32,621 nt of DNA from Conidiobolus incongruus B7586 (Eukaryota). The stretch covers positions 1-32,621 of the forward strand of contig JNEM01010366.1 in assembly GCA_000697335.1 (NCBI GenBank), given 5' to 3'. The translations under genes were made by a program, and so were the position numbers. Below the pieces are notes generated by a model, which worked only from the letters and a program-made list of their open reading frames with translations, made no database searches and was not told the DNA's origin. This document shows, piece by piece, positions 9,851-22,658 of this stretch (the first letter of the stretch is position 1; each line of letters starts with the position of its first letter).

Positions 9851-11764
9851 ATGATGAAAAAACTAGAGCTTAGTATACTTTTGGGTGCTTTATTAAATAA
9901 TTTTGTTTTAAGCGATGATCTCAGTGATTTAACTCATTCAGAGCCAACATTAAGCGACAAAATAGTCAATGGTCAGCCTGTAGATCCTCCATTCAAATAC
10001 CCTTGGATGGCTTCCATCCAACTTTATAATCACCCATATTGTGGTGGAGTAATGATTGCTACAAATGCACTCATTACAGCAAGACACTGCTCAGTTAAGG
10101 GTGATAATGAAGACTTTAAAGTTCTTCTACATCGCCACGACCTTTGGAAATCGAATAAGGAAGAAAATGGTATTGAAATGAAGGTTTTAGAAAGAATTTA
10201 TCATCCCGATGCAGATATTGCTCTATGGAAGCTTTCTTCTTCATATAACCATACACAAGATAGTATCATGCTATTTCCGAACAATACCGATATCAAAGGT
10301 CCAGAAACTGGAGAGATTGCCACGGCATTGGGCTGGGGTCGAACAGGTGAGAATTCCAAAGCGTCTCATATTCTTCAAGAAGTACAGGTGCCTCTCGTAG
10401 ATCCGAAGAAATGCGAGCATGTATGGAACAGTCGTAGGAATGTGCGCTTTCGTTCCAACATCCAAATATGTGCAGGTTGGCCGGAGGGCGAGAGAGACAC
10501 TTGTAAAGGCGATTCTGGTGGCCCACTGTTTGTAATGCGAGGTAAGATTCCCATGATTGTAGGTCTCACAAGTTTTGGAGATCCATGTGCCAAGCCTAAT
10601 ACACCTACAGTGTATTCAAAAGTAGAGCCCTTTATTGAGTGGATCATTAAACATATGAATGATCCAATCACCTCAACAGTCAAACCTGTCCCAGGGACTG
10701 TTCCAAATGAGATATCTGATTCATTTGAGGAAATATCAGCATATCATGAAAATTCTGATGAAGAAAGCAGCCAACCTTCAATTGAATCTAACAAACCAAC
10801 ATCTACTGCTATAGATTCTCTAACAAAGACAAGTTCTGCGGGAAAGCCACTACAAGCAGCGTCAGTTAGCACATATGAAGTCACTGAAGACACTCATAAA
10901 GAAACCGAAAACTCTGAGTCCTCATCAAATATAGAAGAATCGATAACAGGAATATCAAAACTGAATGAATTAGGAATATCAGAGTATCAAATAGAGAGAC
11001 TAAAGGAATTCTTCAAACTGTTTTTCGAAAAGAGTAAAAATGCCACACAAGCCTCAACAAAAAGCGTTAGCAGAAGCCTACCTCTAGATGTCCTAAACAA
11101 TGATAATGATTTGTCCAAATCTTTCAGCCATTCCCCTTTGTCGTCAGATACATCATCTGATCAGGATTTGACTAATATTGACCACATTGAGGATGCTTAT
11201 TTCGAAACTTTTTCACTATTGAATGATGAGACTCTGCTTTCAATATTGAATGAATTACTTGAGCTGATTCAAGCTACTGAGGCGAACGTCGAGTCAATTC
11301 AAGGGTATGACGAGGAGACTCAGCCAAGTGACGATAAAGCTCCTGCAGAACCGAAACCCCTAGTAAAAGCCACGTCCAAGCCTCCACCTAAGCCTATATC
11401 AAAACCCACGACCAAGCCTTCACCTAAGCCTACACCGAAGCCTACGACCAAGCCTTCACCTCCTCCACCTAAGCCTTCTCCCAAGCCTCCAACTACACAA
11501 ACCGTTACAGTGACACAAACCGTCAAGCCCACATGTTCAGTGTCTACCACAACAATGGTGACAACTGCGACAGCGACAGCGACAGTGACAGAAACGAAGA
11601 CAATTACATCCAATATTGTTTCAACCGTGACAACGACGATGACAGTAACAGTAACACCAAATCCCTTGGATCCTCCTATTGACGACGACCCTGACGCGAA
11701 TCACAATGCAGCAATCCCCTACAATATCTATACTCAATACTACTATAATCATTATGGTGTCTAA
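9851..11764 (+). CDS. Secreted trypsin-like (S1A) serine protease with long acidic/Ser-rich, Pro/Lys-rich and Thr-rich C-terminal extension (637 aa, intronless)
   Basis: Hydrophobic signal peptide, short acidic propeptide ending K|IVNG, PWMASI, CGG, TARHC (His), DIALW (Asp), DTCKGDSGGP (Ser; S1-pocket Asp), PTVYSKV..WI. Protease domain spans about 9962-10657. Confidence 0.95.
   Translation: MMKKLELSILLGALLNNFVLSDDLSDLTHSEPTLSDKIVNGQPVDPPFKYPWMASIQLYNHPYCGGVMIATNALITARHCSVKGDNEDFKVLLHRHDLWKSNKEENGIEMKVLERIYHPDADIALWKLSSSYNHTQDSIMLFPNNTDIKGPETGEIATALGWGRTGENSKASHILQEVQVPLVDPKKCEHVWNSRRNVRFRSNIQICAGWPEGERDTCKGDSGGPLFVMRGKIPMIVGLTSFGDPCAKPNTPTVYSKVEPFIEWIIKHMNDPITSTVKPVPGTVPNEISDSFEEISAYHENSDEESSQPSIESNKPTSTAIDSLTKTSSAGKPLQAASVSTYEVTEDTHKETENSESSSNIEESITGISKLNELGISEYQIERLKEFFKLFFEKSKNATQASTKSVSRSLPLDVLNNDNDLSKSFSHSPLSSDTSSDQDLTNIDHIEDAYFETFSLLNDETLLSILNELLELIQATEANVESIQGYDEETQPSDDKAPAEPKPLVKATSKPPPKPISKPTTKPSPKPTPKPTTKPSPPPPKPSPKPPTTQTVTVTQTVKPTCSVSTTTMVTTATATATVTETKTITSNIVSTVTTTMTVTVTPNPLDPPIDDDPDANHNAAIPYNIYTQYYYNHYGV
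11350..11657 (+). repeat. Coding low-complexity repeats: Pro/Lys (KPSP/KPTT) units followed by Thr-Val/Thr-Ala tract
   Basis: ACGACCAAGCCTTCACCT occurs at 11408-11425 and 11444-11461 (36-nt spacing); GCGACA repeats near 11568-11585; translation PKPISKPTTKPSPKPTPKPTTKPSPPPPKPSPKPP then TVTVTQT...TATATATVT. Confidence 0.8.
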
Positions 11765-11934
11765 TCACCACAAAAAAAATATCTAAAATATTCACCAATA
11801 TTTAATTATTTTAAGATCCTGATAATATATGAATAAATTATTACTAAAATTTGTATTTTTAATTTTTATAAAAATTTATAATTAATTTCATTTTAATTAA
11901 AATTTTAAATTAAATAAAATTTTAATATTTATTA

Positions 11935-13423
11935 TTATAACATTATTAAACCAATTTCCTCAGGGGCCAAACTGGGTGTTTTATAATTGAATAAATAGTA
12001 GTTAAGGACACCGTCACCCTTGTGGAAGTTGAGTTCCTTCAAAAAGTTGGTGGAGTGTAAGTTTTCAACGCAGTTGAATACGTCAAAGTTTTTCTAAAAG
12101 GATGAGTTAGTATAAGGGATGATTTTTGAATTAATTCAGTTACCTGTTTGGCTAAGATAAGCACATTGGTGATAAGTTTTATGAGGTGAGCTTTATATTG
12201 CTCCTTTTCTTCTTCACTTTGGACGGATGGGCCTTTAATGCCATTGAAGCGACGGCTGAAGTAGTAGTTTAAGTAAGCGATGTTGAGTGTTTTGTGTTCT
12301 TCGTGGAATAAGATGGAGGAGTTCAACTGATAGAATGATACAAAGTCTTGTATTTGACCATTTTCATCTTCGACGACGTAACTGTAGTTAACATTGTCGA
12401 TGGGCATGTGCCAGTGACGAGTGGTTTCTTTGGATTCGAAAATAGGACTAAGCTTGAACTGAGAAGTGAATTGGTTGAAGAGTTCATGGACTTGATCAAT
12501 ATCTTTCTCTTCCATGGGGCGGAGTGGTAAACTGAGAGTATCTGGAAGTTTGTACTTTTCCAATTCAAGTTCCATGGTAGAGTCTCTGGGAACATAACTG
12601 AACTTGACATCTACCAACTTGGGGAAGTTTATAGAGCGGTGATAGTAAGGACATGTGGCAATGGGGGTGGGAATAGTAATACCAGCAGTGTACACAGCTT
12701 GGAAAATACCAGTAAGGTTGACACGACGAGTGATTTCCTTAATCAATACAGGGGAGAATCGCTTATTTCTCAACTTCTTATGAACACATAAAAAATTAAT
12801 TTCAACCATTGGCATACTTTTGCCGACAGCAGCAATTTTCATGGGGATAGCAGAAATGAAGGCAATCAACTTTTTACTAGCGACAACGCGAATACCTACG
12901 TGCCATTGTTCTTTCCAGCCAGGAGGATTCAATGCCCAGCGCAAAAATTCTGGGGAATAATCGAATCTAAACATTTCATGTTGATCTTCACCATAGTTCA
13001 AATTTAATAATTCGTAAAGATCTTTAAGCTAATTAAAATTAGTTCATAGTCATTATGTACTTGATGATATATATTACTTCGGCATCATCATCGATATTAA
13101 TTAAACACCATTCGAACTCTTTGGGAAGTGGATAGGGCTCTTTTCTAATTAAATCTTCGGGTTTGTCACCTTCAATAGCACCAGGTGTGACATCCTTATT
13201 TAATTCTAAAAGCCTACAATCAAAAGCCACTCAAACCATATAACAGAATAAAATTACCTTGTTGAGGTACTGGTTGCGTCTTCCAGAATTTATGTTCAGC
13301 AGGTTGTTGAGGTTGCTGGGCTTGTTGAGCTTGCAAATTTAACAACTCTAAAAATTGTCTTAATTTTTCTTGATTGCTAATATTATCTTTAGAATCTTCT
13401 TGTTCTTTTTTAGGTGGTGCCAT
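11935..13423 (-). CDS. NMT1: Glycylpeptide N-tetradecanoyltransferase (N-myristoyltransferase), 4 exons, 445 aa
   Basis: Exons 13423-13258, 13205-13078, 13028-12144, 12093-11935; all introns are GT..AG (52, 49, 50 nt) and the last has a TACTAAC branch point. Motifs HKFWKTQPVP, FRFDYSPEFLRWAL, EINFLCVHKKLR, PVLIKEITRRVN, YTAG, FDVFN, GDGVLNYYLFN, C-terminal GLIML. Confidence 0.95.
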
Positions 13424-16400
13424 ATTTATTTACTTTTATTTATAGGGTGTTGAATAGTATGTATTCATTTAAAATTAATTATTATAGTCAATCAATAAAA
13501 TAGTATTTATGGGATGAAATAAAGGTATATTATTTTGTGTTAATTTCATATATCCTAGTTATTCATATTGGTGATTGTATTCAAAATTAATTATACGTCA
13601 TATCAAATTTTCTCATATAAAAATCTATTGTTTAAAAACATATGAATATTAATGGATTAATGTATAACTCAGCAATGATGTGAATGATGAACGTAATATA
13701 TTCAATTAAAAAATTAACATAGTAAACATAATATAATATTATTATCTACTAATTACTTTCTAAACTTTTAACATCTTAAATATTTTTAAACAATTAAGAA
13801 TAAAAATATGTAATTTTTGAAATTTACAATATAAACTTAATATAATATGCGGTTCTATCATGAAAAATCTTAACAATCCTATAAGTTTTGCTAACGAGTC
13901 ATATTTTGATTTATATCTGAATAAAATTCTATTATGAAGTACCTATTAATTGATTATTTAGTAGTGTAAAAATTATAAATTCTGGCTCCAGAGTCAATTA
14001 TCATGATGACAAATTTACTATTTGTTAAATATAAAGATGTATTTAACAACTTATTGACAATTCAATTATTTTATTCCACAATTATATAGACAATTATTAT
14101 ATTAACAATCTTAAATATAAAACTGATATATAATTGGAATTGATTAAAGCATCAGTAATATATTACGCTAAATTCTTTAAAAGATTTATTTTATTTTGGT
14201 TTTTGAGATTACGGTATCAAACATTCCAAGGTAAATAACTACACTTTATTTATGCATATCTTTAATTCTCATTAATGTAATATTGAACATAACAAATTTT
14301 TTAATGTTTATTTTCCTTTTACAAATTTGATTAGAATAACTATCAATTATCCATTAAATATATCTGACAAATAATAATGTTTAAATTTGAAAATTAAATC
14401 AAATATTCAGTAGTTCAAAAAGTATATTCGCACACTATAATCAAATACTATTTTATGAATCATAACTTTTTCAACTGTATTTTAGTATTATATTAAATAA
14501 TAATGAATAGTTTAATCATTCATCATAATATATAATATAACTTTCTAGCGCAATATCAAAAATTTATTATGACCGAAAATAATGGAATTTCAAATTCTAC
14601 TTGCATTAAACAAAGAGTAAATGTTCAAATATCATATTATATAAAGCATTTTATATTAACTATTGATAAAAATTTATACATAACAACTAGTGACAAAATA
14701 TTTTCAAAATGTAGTATTAAAAAATTGTTTAGTTAATTGTTGAGCCCTACAAGTAATGCTTCTTTATTTGGCTCATGTAATATATTATATTGTTCACCTA
14801 TATTACTAACAATACTCACTATATAAGTAAGTATTTATTCTTTATAAATAAACTACAAATTTAATCCAATGGTAAATCTAAATAGCCTCTTAGTTATTGT
14901 TATCATATAAAATATAATCTAAGGTAATACATACAGAAATAAATTTCCAAACAGAGTAACATTCAATTCTTTTTTTAACTTGGATAGAGGTAGTAAAAGC
15001 TAACTCTGCATTGTTTAATCAATCTTAATTTGTTACTTAATAAATAATTTATTTGATAATCATATCAGATATTTCACTTTTAGATATATTTTTAAGTAAA
15101 AAGGCTATTTATAATATTACTAATATTGATTATGATGGTAATTAAGTCTCACAAAGACTTATTCATCTTATTAAGATAAAGTGTTATTGATTAATAATAA
15201 CAAAGTGTAAATTATCAATGTGAGGTTGGTTGTTTAACTAAGAAGAGGTAATTCAACCAAACTAATTAATAACACCTTGAAAGTTTATTAGTAAAATATA
15301 TTAGATTATAATATCAATTTAAATCTGGAAGATTCAATTTAATAACCTAGCTTATTAAAATATTTATAAATTAATAACTAGCAAAAAGAGAATTAATAAA
15401 AATATATTATATCACAAATCTGATCTATATATCTTAGTAAAAAAAACTTCTATTAATTTTATATTTCAATATCAATCATATTATAGCTTTAATCAAAGTA
15501 ATCTTGAAATTAAATATAAATATAAGAATATTACTATTTTATTCTTTATCTGTATATTAAATATATAATAAATTAAATATAATCAATATAAGTTTATATG
15601 ATCATAATTATTAGCTTGCTGTGATCAAAAAATTGCTATTATAATGAATAATAAATTTAAATATATGATTTATTACCAAGAAATAAATCAGTGCTTAGGT
15701 CAAAAAATCAAAACCATTATTATAAATTTAAAAACAAAAATTATATCAAAAAATAAAAATTATTATTAAATATATATATTAAAAATATAGTATTCCACCA
15801 ATTATTAATAAAAATATTTTTTCCATTAATGATATATATTTCAAATTTTTAAAAACTAATGTTACTAATTGATATATAAAAATTTAATCCAAAAACCATA
15901 TATCTTATATATTAATATTAATATATATTGTTAAAATTTTCAAATTATTATTTATTAAAATAACTTATTTTTATTACCATATCTATTATACTTAGTAGAT
16001 ATCACACCCTGTGATTATGATTTTGTTTATAGATTATAGAATTTAATATTATTTTAACTTTGTTTTTAAATTTGAAAATATAATTTTAAAGATGAATTAT
16101 AAAAACCTACATAAAAAGATTTAAGCTAATACTATCAAAATAGAATTTTGTAATTAAAAAAGAAGGAAGTAATGAATCAAAGTGATATGATTTTTGCTCT
16201 TCTTATTTTGATTATATTGAATTTAAAATTTTAAAATTATTCAACTTTGTTATTGACTATATATTATAGTAATTAATTGTTTTTTATTATTATTAGATTT
16301 ATATTACTAGTATTTTTATAATTTATAGCTTTCAATATTATTCAGAGTTAGCTTTTATAAAATTTTTGTTTTATATATGATATATATAACATCAATATAT

Positions 16401-17872
16401 AACTCATATTCATAAATATTAATATATTAAATAATCTAAAAATATATAAAAATTATTCTTATATAATAAATTTTTCAAAAATTATGTATAAATCTGGAAT
16501 AAAATAATTTAAATATTAAATATAATTAAATAAAAGTGATTTTTAAAAGTTTATAATATATTAATCTAGTTCTATGTTGATTTATCAATATATTTTAATA
16601 ATAGAACAATACTTCTACTTAATTATTATTAGTATTTCAAACATACTTTTATGAACTTTTTCCAAAATATATAAGTTAAAAATAAATATGTAATATGAGT
16701 GTATAAAAGATATCGATTATTTTATAATTAGTTAACAACGCTTATTATTATTATTGAAGATCAGTTAACTGAATAAAATTGAACTAATGATCGAAACATT
16801 TTTTCTATTTCATTCCAATATCTGTATTATTGCTTCATCATCTAATTTAAAATATATTCATATCACTAAGTATCAGAACCTATTATATTAACTATATCTA
16901 TTAAATCACAAACTAGAAATACTAGAATATAAAAATAATATCAATCAAATACTGAAAACTCATAAAATAAACTAAGATTTTTAAAATATATTGTCAATAT
17001 ATAATGAAAAAAAATTAACATTCTTTAAACAAATGTGTTATAAAGTAAATTATTTGGTTTGTAAATTTCCACAAATTGTAACTTCATTTTATAGTACTTG
17101 AAATATTTTATACTAAAAAGTAGCAAAATAATAAGTGAAGTTATTCAATTATTCAAGGTGCAGCAATTTAGATTAAAATTAATTTGAATAATTAGTTGTC
17201 AATTAGAAAGGTCAATTTCTTCCAGTTAACAATGTCTGTATTTTGCAAGTTAAAACAAAGTTACATAAACTTACATGCTACTGGACACTTTATATTCCAA
17301 CAAGACACAGAGAACCGATTAATGTATTAGGAGTATTGAATTTTATGATTAAATATTTTAAAAGCTTTGGTTTATAAAATAATTTTGAATCAAATAATAG
17401 ATTATTAGTAATCTGTTTTGGCTTGCTTATTTTTCAAATTAACAAAATCAGTTTATATTTTAAATCACTATTCAGATGTCATTATCTTGTATTTATATAT
17501 AATAGTTTCAAAGTAATGAAACTGGTTCATTGGCTAGTAAAATATAAGTATGAAAGAGTAACTAAGTGACTCAGAAATGATTAAATACATAATATTCAAA
17601 CTTTTGTTGTCTATCATATTTATACAATTTATTATTAATTTTATTAATATACTTTTGTAATAGATCGTTTAAATTTTCTATATTAGTATTACATACATAA
17701 TATCTATTCAATTGAATTCAATTCTTTTTGACTTTTTTCAAATTCATCAATATTACACTAAGTAAACAACAGTTTATTATCTCAAGAAATATTAACAAGA
17801 ATGATCAAAATAAAAATAATATTACTATTGACAAGATTCAAGTTCGCAGAAAATGAAGGAAAATTTGAATGT

Positions 17873-18748
17873 TCAAGTTTGTGGTATTTGTTTTTGATAT
17901 ATAAGTTGCTCAAAAGCCTTGTAATAAGATTCGCTTTCGAATTCAAATGATTTATCCCCACCATAATCGCAGTGAAGGTATTTTCTATCTATATAGTCAG
18001 TTAATTTTGCGTATCCAGAAGGGACTTTGTCTTTATCCTTATCTTTGGAATTTACAAAGTTGATTTTTTTAACTGTATAAGGATCAATAAAAGGTGATAT
18101 AGTTTTGAAGAAACCCCAGAAGATCCAGGGCGCGTCCACAAGGAAAATCTTGAATACTCGCTCTGGATAATGATTAGAAAGGATATTGTTTAAAATGCTA
18201 ACTTGCGATACTGTAACAAAATTTTTGATTTTAATATTTTTTAAATCAACTATTACGCAGATTTTTTCCACCCCTTTGGGTAGGCATTGAATAATAGATT
18301 CAACATAGAAAATGTAATGTTCTATACGTTTCTCAATGTTTGATATGTTCTCTTTACTAGGTACGATGTGCAAGATAGGATGGTTTTCCAAGTCAAAGCA
18401 ATCAATATATAACTTTCCAGTACCATCTTCCTCTTTTATACTTTCTAGAGGAATCCTATGGGGTTGATAACTCCGACGCCATTTCAAAGTGTTTTCCAGG
18501 CTTTGTACAGCATTTTCCAAATTCCAATGATCTGATTCCAAGTATCTCAATAAGCAGGTATCATCGCAAAAAGCTTTGTCATCATGGATACTGGTGTCTG
18601 AATCAATCAATTCTGGAAGTCGGTCTTTAAATTTTGTAAGTAAATATCGTTGTTTACTAGAGAGAGAAGCTGTAAAGTTTTTCTCTGGAATTTTCTTATC
18701 AGTGATTAATTGGGGAATACGGTTACTATTTAATACACCAGTCATCAT
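17873..18748 (-). CDS. CRAL-TRIO/Sec14 family lipid-transfer protein (PDR16/PDR17-like), intronless, 291 aa
   Basis: CRAL-TRIO_N motif DDTCLLRYL..WNLENA..LENTLKWRR, then TGKLYI.CFDLENHPI, HYPERVFKIFLVDAPWIFWGFFKTISPFIDP.T.KKINF and YGGD..F. Confidence 0.9.
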   Translation of the reverse strand: MMTGVLNSNRIPQLITDKKIPEKNFTASLSSKQRYLLTKFKDRLPELIDSDTSIHDDKAFCDDTCLLRYLESDHWNLENAVQSLENTLKWRRSYQPHRIPLESIKEEDGTGKLYIDCFDLENHPILHIVPSKENISNIEKRIEHYIFYVESIIQCLPKGVEKICVIVDLKNIKIKNFVTVSQVSILNNILSNHYPERVFKIFLVDAPWIFWGFFKTISPFIDPYTVKKINFVNSKDKDKDKVPSGYAKLTDYIDRKYLHCDYGGDKSFEFESESYYKAFEQLIYQKQIPQT

Positions 18749-20521
18749 TAAATATATTGGAAGAAAAAGGGTTTAAAGATGAAATACACTATCTTGATAA
18801 ATCATGACTAATATTGATTTCATAATATAATCGGTGTATCAGCCTTCTAAATTCTATTGGATATACCATGTATTAAATCCAAACCTTCAAGTATTCAAAT
18901 TTTAAGTTAAAAATCCAATATCAGTAATAGTCAAAGTACAGATTCCGATAAATATTTTTAAAATATACCCTTACTTTGCTACATTCAATAAATATATATT
19001 TAATACTTAATTGAATTAATGGTGATGATATTATAATATTATTTTATATATTCAACTAAAAATGATACAGAATTGCCAACTATTTTGCAAAATGTTTAGT
19101 GATGTTTCATAAATAGAAATTATCACAGTCGCACCTTCACTAATAGAAATGATATATTGAATAAATTTCAGAAAAAAACCTTTATTTTTATATTAAATCA
19201 TTTTATACTTATAAAATATAGATACTCTCCAATGATGATAATGTATTATTTTTCTATCATTTATATCTTGAGTATATTTTTTTTCTGAATTTATAATTTG
19301 CGTCAGAGGAGATGCAACTATATCTACTACTAAATACTGGATCCCATGAAACCATATATTCATATGTATATATTGAATAGTATTAAATTAATTATTTTTT
19401 AGAAATGATTGAAAATCCTGAAATATATTATGTAGTTTATTAAATATATTATTCAAACGAAATTCAAATGGAGTATTATAATAATATTTCTATCAAAGTT
19501 TGGGATAAATGACTAACTTGGAATATAATTCAAATTTTCAAATATGTTCCATTGTATTTGCATAAAATCATAGTAAAAATACTTACAACTAGATGTTAAT
19601 GGTTGTTAATTATAAATCAGTAAAATATATAATGATTTTAGATTTACTTCATAGCAAATTTTTCTAGTGTATTGAAATAAGTAAACTTTTGTAATTTAAA
19701 AAGAATTAATATCCATGTATTATCAGTATAATCGGATCAATTCATAAAATTATCTATTTAATTCAAAATCTTTTAATAATAAAGATTTAATTGAACTTGT
19801 TGATAAAAAGAATTTATTACACGGAATCTGATTATCATTGGAAAAATAATTTAAATATTAAAAAGTCATTAAAATGAATCAAAATTGAGTTATCTTTCAA
19901 ATTAAAAAATATGTAAAGTTTTAAATATTTTTGTATTTAGAAAGTAATTCCTTGATAAATGCTGATTGTACGAAATATTTCAAAAAAAATAATTAATCTT
20001 TACTTACCTGAAATAATATGATAAATCAAATTAATCTATATCAGATAATTTTAAAATTTACAAACTAACTTGTTGCAAAATTCCCTATTTTTAGGATTAA
20101 TTTCTCATAATGCAAAATTCACTCAAAATTTATTTCCATTTTCAATTAAAATCTTATCTAAAATGATATGAAATCATATAAAATTATTGTAAGTTAAACC
20201 CATAATTTGAGTATATAATATTAAAAAAGTTTAAAATCCAAAAAGCCCGATTTGTACTAAGAATATAATCTTAAAATTGTAGAAAAAATTAACTTTATTC
20301 AAAATATACTAGTTTATGATACTATTTAGTTAATATATTCCTTAAAAAATCTCAACTAATTTATTTATTATATATTAATCTTTATCCATTTTATATACTG
20401 AATTTATTTAATTTTTGAATTATATTTCGAGTCCTAATTCCCAAATTGAATAATTAGTTTAATCTGGTTAATTTTTTGGGAATATTAAAGGATTTATTAT
20501 TTATAATATCGATTAAATTTG

Positions 20522-22658
20522 ATGAGGTAATTGACTTTTATATATCAATAACTTATATATTAATTTTTCTATTTAATCTAGTAGAATTTATTTAATTAAT
20601 CCTTCTAATTCTATCATCAAGAACTCTTTAAGATCGTTTCAATCCTCCCCTTATTTAATAAGGTGGACGAGGGCGAGAAATATATGCGCAGTTGACATTC
20701 AGTTAAGAGCTGTTGCTACTAGAGCTATTCAAATTGTGGACCGACTACAAACAGATTCTGAAATCCAGCCTACAACTGACAAGGAGAATCACAAACAGGA
20801 TTTCAGCCTAAATTCATCTCAAAAATCCCCACTGTATAAATTTATAGGAGAATCTGGTGTAATGAAAAAACTTAGCATATCTGAACATAATATTGAATTT
20901 TTTATGAAAGCTGTTAAAAGGATATCGGATTCTAACATGAGGTATACGATGTTACTCCAGGTACTATTCATACTGAGTCGATTGGATATTAACTCTCTTG
21001 GTCCCCAAATTCAAATTCCTTTATTAAATTATATACATGATTTTGAAACATATACTCAGGCTCAGTCGGGAATTTTGATGACTAACTATGTAAGGTATCT
21101 ATTAAGTACCAACAGTAAACAATGCCTCGGGATTCTTAATAGAAGGTTATCTAAAATGGACAGGGCATCACTACAAGCGCTCCTAAGTTCGATCATTTAT
21201 ACATGCACGATAGACGAGAATGATGATGTAATTAATTATTTTTTGAATTATACTCAAATATCTTCTTCTGAGTTATTTCTAAATGGCCAAATATGGCATG
21301 AAAAAATAAGATCAAATCGAATTGCTCAATTTTTGAACTTATCTTTGCCATATCTAAGATTGGATCAAAGATTGCTGCTCCTGGGTAATTTAATATTTGG
21401 GTATTTAAATCAAAACGACTTCGACTCATCTAAAACTCTCATTGATTGCCTAAGTAATCATCCTGAATTCCCAGAAGATATCATAACATTTCGGTCAACA
21501 CACTTCCCGTCAATATTAAAGCATCTAATTTACACATGGCCACATATAACCAATCCAAAAGCCCTTATACCGCTACTGTCATATTGTATCAACTATTCTA
21601 ACCCGCTCACTCCCTTTATCAAGCTTCTCTATCATGACCTTAAAAATAAAAGGCTAAAGCCTGAAGATTTGCACCCGCTTATTGATAAAGAATTCCGAAT
21701 TCCTAAGCTTGACAGAGAGAGGAAGCATTACTTGGAGTTCCAGGTATTTCTATACCAATCATTAGGGGATCTACCATTATTGCAGAGATTAATCGATCAT
21801 ATCACCTATGAAAAAATTATCCTCCCTCCACAAGCTACCCGTTCTATATTATCAAGTTTATCGCGACGACATAATAAATACAAAGAAGTATTCGGATCCT
21901 TTGAAAAATTTCAAAAACTGGGTTTTCCACTAAATCTTCATCACTATCACGAGTTGATAAGAATCAGTAACATGAATCCCGATCTCTATAAACGCATTCA
22001 GAATTTTATAGTCCAAATCCGATCTCAAGAAGGCAAGCTCAATTTGGAGTCCTATCAAGTGATCCTCAAATCACTACTTCACTCCTATAAAATGGAGCCA
22101 CTCACTTCAGTCCTCCACATGATGACGCAAGACCAAGTCTTTCTAGATAACAAGCATTTGGAAATTATCCTGATGAAGTGCAAGGATCCGCATAAAAATT
22201 TAGAAACTATCGAGCAAACTGTCTCCATTATCCGTAAAATGAATATTAAACTTAGTCCTTGGGGCAATCGGTTACTGATAGACAGGTGCTTTATGATTAA
22301 GGAATACAAATTAGCGGATTATTTTGTAGAAAATGTCATACTGGGTCAATATCGAGAGTATTCTGGCCACAGTTATCCTTTGGTATATTACTTTAGCCAC
22401 GTACCACATACCAAGTCCTTTGCAGAATCCACAAACAACTTGATTAACATGTTTAAAGATATGCCAATCAGTGATATAATCCTTCATCCGACACTATTGC
22501 GATTACTTGAGCTCATAGTATTACGATGTCACGACTTGAATAGTCCTCAATTAATTGACAGCATTTACGATCACTTCTTCAATTCTATCCCGAGATCCCA
22601 TTGGCCTACACAAATCGCATTTTTTTTCGATGAATATAACAAAGGCCATAAAATTTAA
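20522..22658 (+). CDS. Probable mitochondrial helical-repeat protein with degenerate pentatricopeptide (PPR)-like repeats (~693 aa)
   Basis: The frame of the 20736 ORF is open back to 20577 with no ATG. ATGAG|GTAATT at 20522-20532 splices in frame to TAG acceptors at 20581 or 20584. The resulting N-terminus (M(S)RIYLINPSNSIIKNSLRSFQSSPYLIRWTRARNI) is Arg/Ser-rich and acid-free. The C-terminal half shows ~35-36-aa periodicity (..FEKFQKLGFPLNLHHYHELI.., ..IRSQEGKLNLESYQVIL.., ..MMTQDQVFLDNKHLEIIL.., ..IRKMNIKLSPWGNRLLI..). Coding status is solid; the product call is inference. Confidence 0.65.

Noticed and set aside
10209..11613. Alternative-frame and antisense ORFs inside the trypsin gene (10209-10400, 10271-10465, 10293-10526, 10375-10683, 11320-11613)
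   Set aside because: Shadow ORFs of a GC-richer coding region; the Val/Gly-rich one simply mirrors the Thr/Pro repeats.
17232..17330. 32-aa ORF containing FIFQQD, reminiscent of the Tc1/mariner DDE second-Asp motif
   Set aside because: Only six residues match, the following NxxxH is absent, and no other transposase motifs or terminal inverted repeats are visible.
13424..17780. 4.3-kb gene-free tract examined for transposon relics or hidden genes
   Set aside because: Extremely AT-rich with no long ORF, repeat array or terminal repeats that I can support by eye; short open stretches (e.g. ~14140-14230) are compatible with chance.
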